Assembly (NCBI GenBank): GCA_013115125.1
Contig: JABANN010000266.1
Location: 1-45,160, forward strand
Direction: 5' to 3'
From: Perkinsus olseni
Taxonomy: Eukaryota
Length of the DNA stretch: 45,160 bases
In this document: in pieces, positions 34,401 through 45,160 of the stretch
Numbering within the stretch: the stretch's first letter is position 1
Layout: every line of letters starts with the position of its first letter
Translations under genes and position numbers: made by a program
The notes under the pieces: generated by a model
What the model saw: the letters and a program-made list of their open reading frames with translations, nothing else
Databases searched by the model: none
What the model was told of the DNA's origin: nothing

Positions 34401-35187
34401 AGTCGGTAAGGCGACGGACTGGTCTCCAGTAGTGGTACCGGAAACGCTACCAGTGGCCAGAGTGCAGTACCTCTTCACCATGCTTCGCCTCAAGTCCGTA
34501 TTCATCACGCAGGCCGGTACGAACAGCCTCGTCGGTGTGGTTACAAAGGTGAGGATTCTGGTGCTCCGCTCCGCCTTGTAACGGAGTCTGTTAGGAGTGC
34601 TTCGATGCCTCCGCTGAGGAGCTTATCGAGTGGGGTGAAGGGAGGCCTCAGGAGGGCAGCAGCAGCAGCAGCTACCGGCCGCCGCCAAGGCCCGGCTCCT
34701 ACTCGGTAGGCCACTCGGACTGCTGCCGGTGCATCGGAAGTTGTTCTCCTCAGCGGTCCTGGGCGGAGGATTGGCAGTTGTCCTACGGCCCCAGTAGCCA
34801 GCCGAGCAGCGATGGACACTCTGCGCCTGCAGCCATTGGTGAGGACCCGCAGCGATGGGCCCCTCCCGGAGACATAGAGGCACCAGTCACCATAGACACG
34901 GTCGTCTGGGAGGAGAGCAGCAGCGATGCACCCTCCGATACGAAGCCTCCATTCAACCTCAACTGTAAGACCTCCACGGGTGTATGCCCGTACCACCGTT
35001 TCTTTGGTCAGACTCTAACCAGGATACCAGCGCGACTCGTCACGGCGAGTACACTGGGGACCTCTCGTCACCACAATCGCCCTCGGATGGCCAGGACGAT
35101 CGCTTCACGAGACGCGTCGCAGCAGCAGCAGCAGCAGGGGCTGACCCTAGCCCATCAACCTCGGTATCTTCTAAGAATACCTCTTGA
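31418..35187 (+). CDS. CLC chloride channel with two CBS domains (paralogue 2); multi-exon, 3' end approximate
   Basis: MPSDAPW...TDLF|GTFDDVPH; GSGVPQMK; GSEGPF; FGAPVGGVIFAVE|VT; IPAGVFTPTF; SIYDVLLHLRNLPYLP; DWSPVVVPETLPVARVQYLFTMLRLKSVF...VGVVTK|ECFD. Most intron positions are shared with paralogue 1. Confidence 0.88.
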
Positions 35188-35474
35188 ACCATTCTAATGT
35201 CTCATTTTTGTTCATCTTGCACCGCCACACAGTGAAGAAGAGTATCTTTCGACTTTTATATATCCTCTGCACTCGGAGCTCATTAGCTCCTCTGCAGTCG
35301 TCTGATGGGAGTATCTTTCCTCGCGCCACCAGTCTAACGTCTACTATTCTCTCCTATTCTTTTCAATCTCCCATCAGCCTCGTCTTCGTCACAATAATAT
35401 CTTTTGCTGCGCGGAAGCGTCGTCTTGCTAAGTGTTACGAAGTGTGGGTTCAATTCCTCATCACTGGCAGAGTA

Positions 35475-37290
35475 ATGATAGCTCCCTCGCTACTGGTCAC
35501 TGGTGGCCTGGGTCCGTCGGCAGCCCAAGCACAGGGTCGATCAGGCCGCCAGCTGCTCCGTGCTGCTCGGTTGCTTTCTCGGGAGTCGGAGATCTCGCCG
35601 CTACGGTGGCTCGAGGTCAGCGATGGCACTCTGGACCTCGTCAAGCGGCGGACCGGTATCCGACTGGTAGAGGCACTAGAGGTAGGCCGGAGTGCTCCAC
35701 TGCTCTCGGAAGAATCTTTGGTCGATCAGCGGCTCGAACGAAAATAGCTCCTCTGTTGCAGGTTGGTCGTCTGATGGCCCTGTCGAACGTAGCAGACACT
35801 AGTCTGAAGTCAGCCCTGTCTGAGTGGGTCGCTGAGGACCGAGACGAGGTGACCCCCTCCTCGCCGTGGGCTCGACTGTCCTCGATGTTGTAGGATATCG
35901 TTGGGACCGAAACTGTGCTACAGGAAGCTCGTCTAGCGATGGAGGTCCTCGGCACGGATGACCCGGCCTGCAGGAAAGCCTGCAGGAGAATTCTTCGGCG
36001 TGCGAAGGATATGAACCCTGGAGACCTGGTCAGTGCAGCGAGCAGGGTATCTTCGACCTTTGGTGGTCTAGGTGGTGGCGTGGTCGTTGCTGAGCGAGGC
36101 TAGCCTATCATATAGGGAGTGGTCCCTGTTGCTTCTATCGACGTTATCCCGAGTGCAGCCCATGACCTTCATACAGGTCACATCGAGGGGATTGCTTCTT
36201 GTGCCGGATCGTCTCCTGTCGCAGGCGGCCCAAATAGCGACGGTGCTGGCGGAGACACGCTCGCAGGAGTGGCAGCAGCAGGTTGACAACGCTGACCTCG
36301 TTATCACTCTCAATAGCGTAGCTCAGCCGTGATTCCGTCACGCGCCACGAAATTATCGTCGTCAGATTTTGGCCAGTCACCAGGCATCTCTGTGTGACTC
36401 CTTGCCCCTGCCTTCCCTCCTGAGGGTGCTCGAGACGATGGCTGCGGTAGAGGCCGCCCCCAGTGAGTTCCGCAACCAGCAGCGGCTGCTAGAGCAGGCC
36501 CTGTTAGAGAGGATAAGAGGCTGGCAGGGCGGTGAGACGTGTGAGGGAGTCTTCCAGTTGATACGCGAGCGATCTCAGATCTTCCGAGGCGACTGGACTG
36601 CGGGGCACTCGTCCGATTGCTCGGTCGGTATCTTGAGAAGAGCCACTTGGAGCGGATAGCTCAGTGGGCGGCCCTCAACGCTAAGAGACGCTCGATGATG
36701 ACGGCTGAGGATCTTCTGGTCATACGGGACAAGTGCATGGAGGTGAGTCCAGCAGCACCCACTGTTGCATCCTCCGGTGACCTCAGGTTGGGTTGGAGGA
36801 CATGAGCATCATCGATGAGGCCCTCCGGTGGTGGCTGTGCTTCAAGTGGAAGTACGACGCAGCTGGAAAGCATGCTGCTGATGACGATGGCGACGTGTCA
36901 CGAGATGTTTCTGCCTACCAAGGGCGTTCTGTGTTCGTCTTGTCATCGTTCTCTGCAGCGTCGCCGGTCTTTGCTGATGAGTCTAATCCTGTCGGTCAGC
37001 GTACAAGCGCAGCCTCCAGTCTGCACTCGGCTCTTCCTTAAGATGTTCGGCGACGAAATGCTGCAGCATCCGGACTACGCTGAGGGGCAGCTGATAACAG
37101 TAGGGCAGCTGAGCGCAAGACCGGCGTGAATGGGGACGGTCAGGTGCTGTTGGAGACGCGAGAGGCGATGACGGTGGTGTCCCAGACGACCAAGCGGATT
37201 TTGGAAGAGATCGATAGAATGACGGCCGAGGCTGTGAGAGTGCAGCTATCAATCGACGCTCTAGCGATACATGCTCTCCGGTCGAAATAA
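35475..37290 (+). CDS. Hypothetical helical protein; multi-exon, possibly organelle-targeted
   Basis: Series of open segments separated by ~45-nt GT-AG introns (e.g. ...LVEALE|VGRLMAL...DRDE|DIVGTE...). Arg/Leu/Ser-rich N-terminus. No domain recognised. Confidence 0.6.
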
Positions 37291-38614
37291 GTTATCCAAA
37301 ATGACTCATAGAGCTGATCCACAGTTACAGATCGTTCTGATTTAATGGGCGCAGTGATAGCTAACCGAACGGGGAGAGATCAACTTGATTGGCGGACGTT
37401 TCGAGTCCTGGAGATGATGCTTGTCGTGGCACACCGGGGCGAGGCTTGTGTGACGGTCGTAGGCACAGCGCCGCGGATGTGTAAGCAGATCCTGCCAGGA
37501 GGGAAGAAAGCTTATCTGGTTGAATGTACCCCTACGTAAAGCGTCTTGAAAATCTGTCTGATTGCACTGAATTTCCATGCTACAGAATGTCTCCAACTGA
37601 TCACATCGGCTTCGAGTCTAACTAAGCCGGAATCGCAAGCGTTGGACTATAAACTCACATACACATGGGCGCAGTCTCTCAGCAGTATTCAGGGCTTAAA
37701 TTGTTCAGATCAGCTCCGGAGAACTTTTCTCGACCTGACTGTGATGATCGATCAATACAGTACTCCAAAATGATAATTCGGAATCTAGTCTAAAAAACTT
37801 AATTTAGCCTCAACTGCTGAGAGTTTGGACGGTCGAAATTGAACCGTTTTCATCGACACACTATTCGTTATGACGTTGTTTTCAATTCCCGGTTTCCAAT
37901 CATCATTAATTGCCGAGTGACGAGAACTTCGAGCTGCGGAGGGAGCTGTGTGTCGGAGAGACTGGAGTGGCAGGTACCACTGATCGAGAAGGAACTGGGA
38001 GATGTTAAATTCCTTTTCGTCGACCCGTCCACTCTGCGGCTGTGAGTCGGACGCTGCACCTAGGTGTGAACAGCGTCGCGTGGCAGGTGTGAGAGCTCAG
38101 GTGAAGAGGTCAGCTCGCTGGACTTCGACCCTTTCGATGAGCGACTCACCCGCAAACTCGGATTCTCAGTGGTCGAACTTGGCTGCTGCAGGGCCTTGGC
38201 GGTACCACGGCATGGTACCAGCGACCCATCATTCCCTCCTCCCAGGCACCTGGCTTTGGAGCTCGTCTGCAGGTGGCATACTTCTTACTGTATGGTCACC
38301 CGATTGAGACGGCTCATATAGTTCCGACTCTAAGGCGGGCCTTCGAGCCTCCTCCGGGATTCAGTTTTTGAGCTATTCCGAGTGGGCATTGAGTTGAGTG
38401 CTGCCTTGCAGCGGTGAGCTCGCGTCCGCTGTTCGAATGTGCTCCGCTGAGCCACAGCAGGCTGTATCACAGGGTGCTGTAGTAAACCTGTCCGAACGTT
38501 GAATCACTTGTGGAAGTCAAACGTGCCAATTATCATTGTGAGTGATTTTGAAGTCCAACGTCGACATACTGTACAGCTAAGGTGGACGAGCATTGGAGTT
38601 GCGCCCGTGTTGTG

Positions 38615-38740
38615 TAAAACGCGGGTGTTTCATGCGTTGCGAAAAACGCAACGCGTTATGAGCATAAACTTAGAGTATAACGCGCAAAGCGTGAAATGGG
38701 CTCATAACGCGATATGTATAACGCGTGATGATAACGTCGA
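38615..38740. repeat. Cluster of short AACGCG motifs with nested inverted repeats
   Basis: AACGCG at 38618, 38650, 38679, 38706 and 38720. GCGTTGCG-AAAAA-CGCAACGC hairpin at 38634-38654. 12-bp inverted repeat CGCGTTATGAGC / GCTCATAACGCG. Confidence 0.7.
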
Positions 38741-39445
38741 GCGTAGTGTTGGCTAGAGCCAAGCTTGTTCGGGAGGCAGTTAGGCTCCCGCTGCGGCGAG
38801 ATCGATAGACTATGAGACTGACAAGAGGTGGGCATCGACCCCACTGGGGTTACCCTAATCATAAGGGGAGTTATAACAGGAACTGCATGCAGATTTAGGA
38901 CTTTGATGAGTAGAATTCCATGGATTCCATCAAATCGCGAGAGACAAAAGTATTTCTCTTCTAAGGCAGATGCTCCTTCTTGCATAGGTTGCAAGGAATG
39001 CATTCCCCAAACTCCGGGGGAACTGGCGTGTATGAAGCCGCTGCTTCCTTTGTGTACTCGTGGACAGGAAGCCTCGGGAATTCACCATGTGCAATGAGTT
39101 CGGTCTCCCACTGAGCAACGCAAACGGAAGGACTCGGGTGAAACCAGACAAACTGGTGTCGGCTGATGACGAATCACTTAAGCCAGTGTCTTCTCGCTAC
39201 GACGAATTAGTGTTTTGATATGAACGTCATAGTAAGCATGCCGATTGACTGTCCATGGCATCGACTCGATGCACTGACAGTTCTCTGTCTGAGTCTGCTT
39301 GAACCTCAGAGCTATCAAAAAACACAGAGCTTAAATGAGTTCCACCGTTGTAATGTCGAGATCGCCCTGCTGTGGTAGCACTACAGAAGCCGCAGAGAAA
39401 CAAAGAACAAAATGTTCATGAGACAGGCCGTTGTCGCGCACTCGA

Positions 39446-40243
39446 CTATTGGTGTGCCGCACCCTCGAGCGTAGTTGTAACCTTGTTATGGGTAGCATGA
39501 AGCATGTACAAGAAGTCGTCCGGGTGCAGATTTTTGCCGCACACTTGTCCCACTTTGTAGATGAAGGATTGCCAGTATTCCAGCTCTCAGTCCTCACCAA
39601 CGATGTACTCTACAAACGGGAAGTCGTATTCCTCACGGAGGAGCTCCAGGGAACCAAATCTCATAGTGGTCCCCTTGCAAGTGAAGACATGCTCGGCATT
39701 CCCATAGTAAGACAGAGGGGAGTACTCCTCGTCGGACCAGGTCTTACTAGGACCTCGCTTCGGCGTGCGATCATAAGTAAACTGGATTATGTCGACATGC
39801 ATGTCATCAGAACGATAACGAAATGCGGAGGCAAAGTTGGCGTCAACCCTCTCCAACGGCGTCAGCTTGTTCTCTATACGAGTGCTCAGGATACCATCCG
39901 AGTTTTTCTTGAGTGTGAGAAGGTCACCATCAGCGAGAGCCACCGAGATTGAACATAACTCTCGGATCTCAGTATGCAACCTAGCGGCACTGCCGACGTC
40001 GATGATGTACTCGTTTGAGTCGGAGCCAGGCCTCAGGGGAAATGGTACAGCGACTCCGCCATAATCTTGATCGCAGCGATATATCACATCCACAGTTTGA
40101 ACCCCGTTTAAGCTGTTCACAATGAACACCACCATGAAATCCTCAGAGTTAATATCAGATGCATATTTGCCATCCAAGATGCGTTTTGAGAATGCCGCAG
40201 GGACGAGTAGAGCCGAAATCAGGCACTTCAGGATGAAAGCCAT
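39446..40243 (-). pseudogene. Secreted two-repeat protein gene, interrupted by an in-frame TGA at 39587-39589 (pseudogene or truncated allele)
   Basis: Signal peptide MAFILKCLISALLVPAAFS. Sequence after the TGA continues in frame as ELEYWQSFIYKVGQVCGKNLHPDDFLYMLHATHNKVTTTLEG, paralleling repeat 1 (ARLHTEIRELCSISVALADGDLLTLKKNSDGILSTRIEN). Confidence 0.55.
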
Positions 40244-41406
40244 AGTGCAAAGAATAGACTATCCACGGTGTTTGCCATGAGTCAACCCGATGATGCTTGC
40301 ACCCGATAAAGGCAAAAAAGGAGTCCAGCTAAAGTTTTGCCTGGTTGTTCCCTCGCTGCCCTTCAGAGTGAACCCATTACCATCTGCTTCTGAGCGCAGC
40401 TTGAAGGGAGTAAGCTGTGCATGGCGTGCACGGCACGCGCGCATGGAAGATGCTATCGCTGTATGATGAGTTCTCTCTCATTCGCTGGTTCACATCGTCA
40501 CATCTCCTCGGTCGTTGGTGTGACATCATTATCGATCGATAAATTCTATACCCGGAGACTAAGGTGCTGCTGATCACCCATGCCATCGGCGCCTCGTCCG
40601 CAACATGCCTGCGTGCTGGCTAGTGTCTATAGCTTTACGCTGTGCGACCCAAGTCGCACGTATGAGCTCGGTTGTTCTCGTCCCTAGCAGAACACTTACA
40701 AGCCCTTCGAGAAAGCATACAAGCGTGCCCACGCTGTGCCGAAAGCAATGAGCGCGCCGATTTTGGCTCACTTGTACCCGAGCAAGCTGAGAGATGCCTC
40801 ATTCACCAGCTGACAGCCGGGAGACAGGAGGGGGCAGCAATCAGGGCCTAGAATGATGATTATATTCCGATTTTTCTTCAGTAGGAGTTTCCAGACCATA
40901 TCTAGGTTCGAGGAAAGGCAGAATCGTGAGAGGCCGAATCCCTGGCGATCACTTCTCTACTGGAGGGCCTCCAGGATACTCTCCTCTCCTGTCGAGCTGC
41001 ATCGCTAGTTCACCTCGATGGTGTGTCTCCCTCCTCATCGCTAGAGAAGGCCTCACCCAGTGTAGGTGCCACCTACACTGGGTGACGTCTTTTCTAGGTG
41101 GAAAAGGTCGCCTACTAAGCGGACTAGCTCGTGACTCTGGGTGTAGATTCGCCTTGCGAGAATGACCAGACGGCCAGGATATGAATTTTTCTCCATGCTT
41201 AGTGCGAGGGATTGCCTAGGCTTCCCTGCGCAACTATCAGGTGTCTTCATTGGAATGTAATAAATGGCGTACTGGAGGGCCAGACACTCGAGGCCAGCCG
41301 TGTTCTTGACAAAGGTGATGATTGTTGGGAGCTTCCGGTTCATTCCCAGTGGTTTTTCGTTGAGTGCCGTGGGGCAGCTGTATAATGGGCAGCGTAAGTT
41401 CCCTTA

Positions 41407-44098
41407 ATGATTGTATTGCGTCACTGCGGGGTCTTCTGTCTGGTGGCCAGCGTCGGGTCACTGGGGCCAGACATCTCCGCCGTGGAGTGTTGGGTCGGCG
41501 GCTTTACTGCTGATCACTGCTGCCGAGCTGACGTGTCTGATAGGCCCGAGTGTTGGAGTGGTGGTATCAACTACGATGACTGCTGCCCCAATGCCGAATG
41601 CTGGTCATCCGGCTACACCTACAGTACATGTTGTAACGAGACCCTCTACGGGCGGCAAGGCAACCCTCTGTGTTGGGATGGCGACCTCTTCACCCCAGAG
41701 AGCTGCTGTGAGATGAAGGAGGCTCCTCTCTCGTGGTATGAGGCGCTGTTCTTGCCTTTTCCCATGGATGAGATATACACCCTGTCAGAGTTCTACACCG
41801 ACTCCCAGTACGGTCCTGACTTTGGGTATTATTCTCGAGGAAGGGTCATCTCACAGGCCAAGATCGACCTCAATGGTTCAACAACGGAGGAGTTCTCCCA
41901 CTTCACGACCTACCCCATGGCCCTTTCGCCCCACTTCGCGTTTGTTATCTGCCGTAAGCTCTTCGTGATGTGGATGGTCGCTGGTATGCCCGACTATTTC
42001 CCAATAATAGAGTTCGGTGCCGGGAGCGGTCAGCTTGCGTCGGACATACTAAGGTGCTTAGCCGACCCGCCGTTCGACACTGATGGCCTTGCATCCCGAT
42101 GGGCTTCGTCCAGTCAGTACTTCACCGTGGAGCGCTCGCCAGCATTGGCAGCACGACAGAGGAAGCGAGGGCTCAGCGTGGTGGAGGCCGATGCTCAGTC
42201 AGCTCAGACTGCTTGCCCTCGGGTTCGAGACCATCTACGCTACCAGAGGTTCGGTGCTGGCGTGGCCCTCAGCAACGAGCTGCTAGATGCCTTCGCCCCG
42301 GCCAAGCTGCGCCTTTCTGTCTTCGCGACCAACGTAACAGCATGTTCGTCATGGCAGGAGGTGCGAATAGCTCATGTTATCAGCTACGATGATTTGCTCA
42401 GCACTTACAGCATGCTCGGGGTCAGCCCAGCAGCCGCCCAGGAGTACGTCGCACAGCTAGATGGACAGAGCCGGGCGTCCTCGTGCTCGGTAGCTGAGTC
42501 GTCTGTTGGTCGTGCTGCCATGGAGGCGCTCAACAAGACAGATTGTTCAGAAGAGGCCAAGAACGACTGTATTGCCGTCGTTTTCGCGCTGTCAAGGCTG
42601 ATAGATTACACTGACCTCCAACTACCACATGCAGCTCACAACATGCGTATTCGCCTTCGTAACGACCCCCAGCTCCGCAGTCGTCTCATGACCATCGTCG
42701 AGGAAGAGCATCAGCTACTCACTGCCAAGGCCCCTAGACCGGTGCTGGTCGGCAAGCATGTCTATAGGGAGCTGAGGCATCTGATGCGGGACCATGAGGC
42801 CGCCGAGATTCAGCTGGTCCACCTCATGACCACAAGACGCTTGAGCGTTGCCTTGAACCCGCGGACCTGTCTGCTGTTCACACCCTGGATGAGGCGCAAC
42901 TCGAAGTCGATTATGAAAATAGCTGCTCGATATCGCCAAATGGGTCATGTGTCAGTGGCCTTCTCAGTGAGGCATGGCGAGGAGGAGTACATAAAACTAG
43001 TCGACTGCATCCTGGGCGGTCGCGGCTTCATTCTATCAATCGACTACGGTGCCTCGTTCGAGCCTTTAGCGCACAGTGTGTCTTCCAGTCCCTTCGAGGA
43101 CGGTGTCGCGGTCCCTCCCATTCCCCCTTCTAGCATAGCGGCGGGCCTGCCTGAGGACTGTCAGGCTAACTGGATGAGGTGCCCCGGCTTTGTGGACCTG
43201 ACCAGCTTCGTCGACTTCACCAACGTTGCTCGAACAGGCGAGGAGCTTGGGTGGGATACGATTCTGCATGGACCTCAGAATCTGCTGGAAAAGCTAACAC
43301 CATCGCCGCGGTCATCATCATCCAGCGGCAGCGTCGTCCCTGGCGTGTACGCCATCCACGAGCATATGCCGCCCGAGCATCCAGCAGCTCGCCATATGCG
43401 GTCATGGTATGGACATGATGACCTCGAGGGGGTCCAGCGATGGACGGGGTTCAAAGTGTTAGTGCAAAGTAAAGGCATCGCGGCCGAGTATGAGGAGATG
43501 GTCAGAGAAGGGGCAGTCAGCTGGCACCTGAGCAGCGAAGAGAAGGACAAATGCTGGAGAGTTGACATCACCGAAGTGAGACTAGCTCTGAGAGTCATTA
43601 TAATGACAAAGCATCTAGGACGTTTTCATTCTCCTTCCTTCTGCCATGGGGAGCATACGCACAGCAGTTGTCGTTGTTTCCGCTGCGAGTCTGGCTCCTC
43701 GTGTAGCCCATGCTGGGTCTGAGCGGACACCACACGAGGCTGAGGTTCCAGCTGAGCAGCCACAGTGGTATTGCATTGATGGTCAGGTCCCACAAGCTGA
43801 CGTCGTCGATCGTCTAGGGATTCTCACTCTGTTCGAACACGATCACGATGCCACTGCTGGGGAATACGCCAGAGGCTATGAGAACTCACAGCTGAGCGTG
43901 CAGCTCGTCGACATAGTGGAATCTGGCAATAGCAGCGAACATTTCATAACGTGGGAGCGCATGTGGGGAGTGCAGAGAGTTTCGACTGTTCTTCGGAAGA
44001 CCTTGGAGGTGATGGGCATGACGCCTCCGATGAACAGAAGTTTAGAACCCTTCCAGTGTTTGGCAATTCGAAAGGCGAAGAAGCGGCAATCATCATGA
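41407..44098 (+). CDS. Signal peptide + four CWxxG...CC repeats + MidA/NDUFAF7 (DUF185)-type SAM-dependent methyltransferase
   Basis: YGPDFGYY, FTTYPMALSPHF, IIEFGAGSGQLASDIL, VERSPAL, SNELLDAF, LSIDYG and DLTSFVDF are the MidA motif series. A probable short intron near 43576-43620 links to ORF 43646-44098. Confidence 0.85.
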
Positions 44099-44188
44099 TC
44101 TACGTAATGTACAGTGACTAATAAGGCTAGTCTGTTGAGTCGTACTCTGTAGGAAGGTCGGTGTTTTCGCTGGCTTCAAGGGAACGCC

Positions 44189-45160
44189 TCAAGTGCTATT
44201 CACACAGTATGAGACAGTCCCAGTAGCCCTCAGCGACTCAACCCAATGCCCTATTAGGCGAAGTATGATGGGTTCAATACCCGTCATAGACTGGTGAACC
44301 TTCAAGGTAAGGACATAGACTATCTCGCACAGTACTTTCGGCATATCTAATATAGAACCGGCAGTCGCGATTCTGGATTGCCGATTCGCCAGCCTCAGCG
44401 GTTTTTTCCCGGCGTTGAACCGCTCGGGTTTTGGCCTGTACTGAATACAACTTGCGCAAATATGTTTTTGAAAAGTATCACAACGCAACTTGGAGGAGTT
44501 CATGAAAATTTGGAAATCCATGAAAATCCAGCGTAACAGGTAAGTGTGTTTTTGTATCTTCACAGAAGGACAGATAGGTCGAACTTCTTTCAAAGAAGTA
44601 CTTGACGGAAATATTACCAGATTGGCCACTCAGACTCAGAATAACACTACAGCAAGAGCGACAGCGACAGCAACAACACCTACCACAAAGTCATCATTAT
44701 CATGTTTCTACTCTATCTGAGACTCCATCTTATCATTCATCTATGAGGCATCTATCATAGCTTCCGCACATGCTTTCCAGCGGCACCGCGAACTATCTTG
44801 GCAGTTTTGTCATAATCGACGCATAAATCGTCGAAAGTGGGGTATCGTTTCTTAAGAACAGTCATAGCAGCAGAGCAGACTTGTCGGTGGTCTTGATCAC
44901 CTCCAACATATCATTGTCATTATTTTTCCTGGCCTCCGCAACATCACTCAAAGTGATCATGAAACGATCTTCTAGGTGAGGCTTCTCACCAATTGGATAG
45001 AGCCGGCTGATAGCATCACCAGCATCCCATATCAAGGCCCGCAGAGGGTCCTGACGGATGCTGGAAGGTAGGTCGGCGAGTAGAAAGCTACACCATTTCC
45101 AGACCTACTTAGTAAAACCCTAGACCAAATTAGTAAATCCCCAGAGCAATTTAATAAAGC
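44189..45160 (-). other. Possible degraded coding sequence
   Basis: Protein-like frames broken by stops (e.g. ...KYFFERSSTYLSFCEDTK...LQVAL*YFSKTYLRKLY...). Not identifiable. Confidence 0.2.

Noticed and set aside
37340-39330. Transposase, retroelement or CRISPR array
   Set aside because: No RT, integrase or DDE motifs and no repeat-spacer periodicity; only broken, unidentifiable frames.
40756-40770. Spliced-leader relic (GCCGATTTTGGCTCA versus dinoflagellate SL ...GCCATTTTGGCTCAAG)
   Set aside because: Short gapped match, lacks the terminal AG and is far from the next ATG; compatible with chance.

Overview
Eukaryotic, gene-dense DNA with many short (~40-55 nt) GT-AG introns. The intron style and gene content point to an alveolate, most likely Perkinsus (inference only). 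Bases 1-18 kb hold only minus-strand genes: a ZSWIM2-like E3 ligase running off the window, three PHO80/CYCU-type cyclin paralogues, two long hypothetical ORFs and a WDR89-like WD40 gene. From 18.4 kb the genes are mainly plus-strand: a tail-anchored TPR protein, an XPG/FEN1-family nuclease, two tandem CLC anion channel genes, a hypothetical protein and a signal-peptide/Cys-repeat MidA(NDUFAF7)-type methyltransferase. The main observation is that the first CLC gene does not end at ~25.8 kb. Its second CBS domain is split by a 4,654-nt intron (25823-30476) that is absent from the adjacent paralogue and contains two intact, intronless, antisense CRT-like transporter genes. Other signals: both CLCs carry the channel-type (ClC-1/2-like) Val in place of the proton glutamate, isolated tRNA B-box-like motifs recur near gene starts, a MITE-like element lies in an intron, there is an AACGCG motif cluster, and a secreted two-repeat gene is interrupted by an in-frame TGA. 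Gene models were built by eye and some exon boundaries are approximate.
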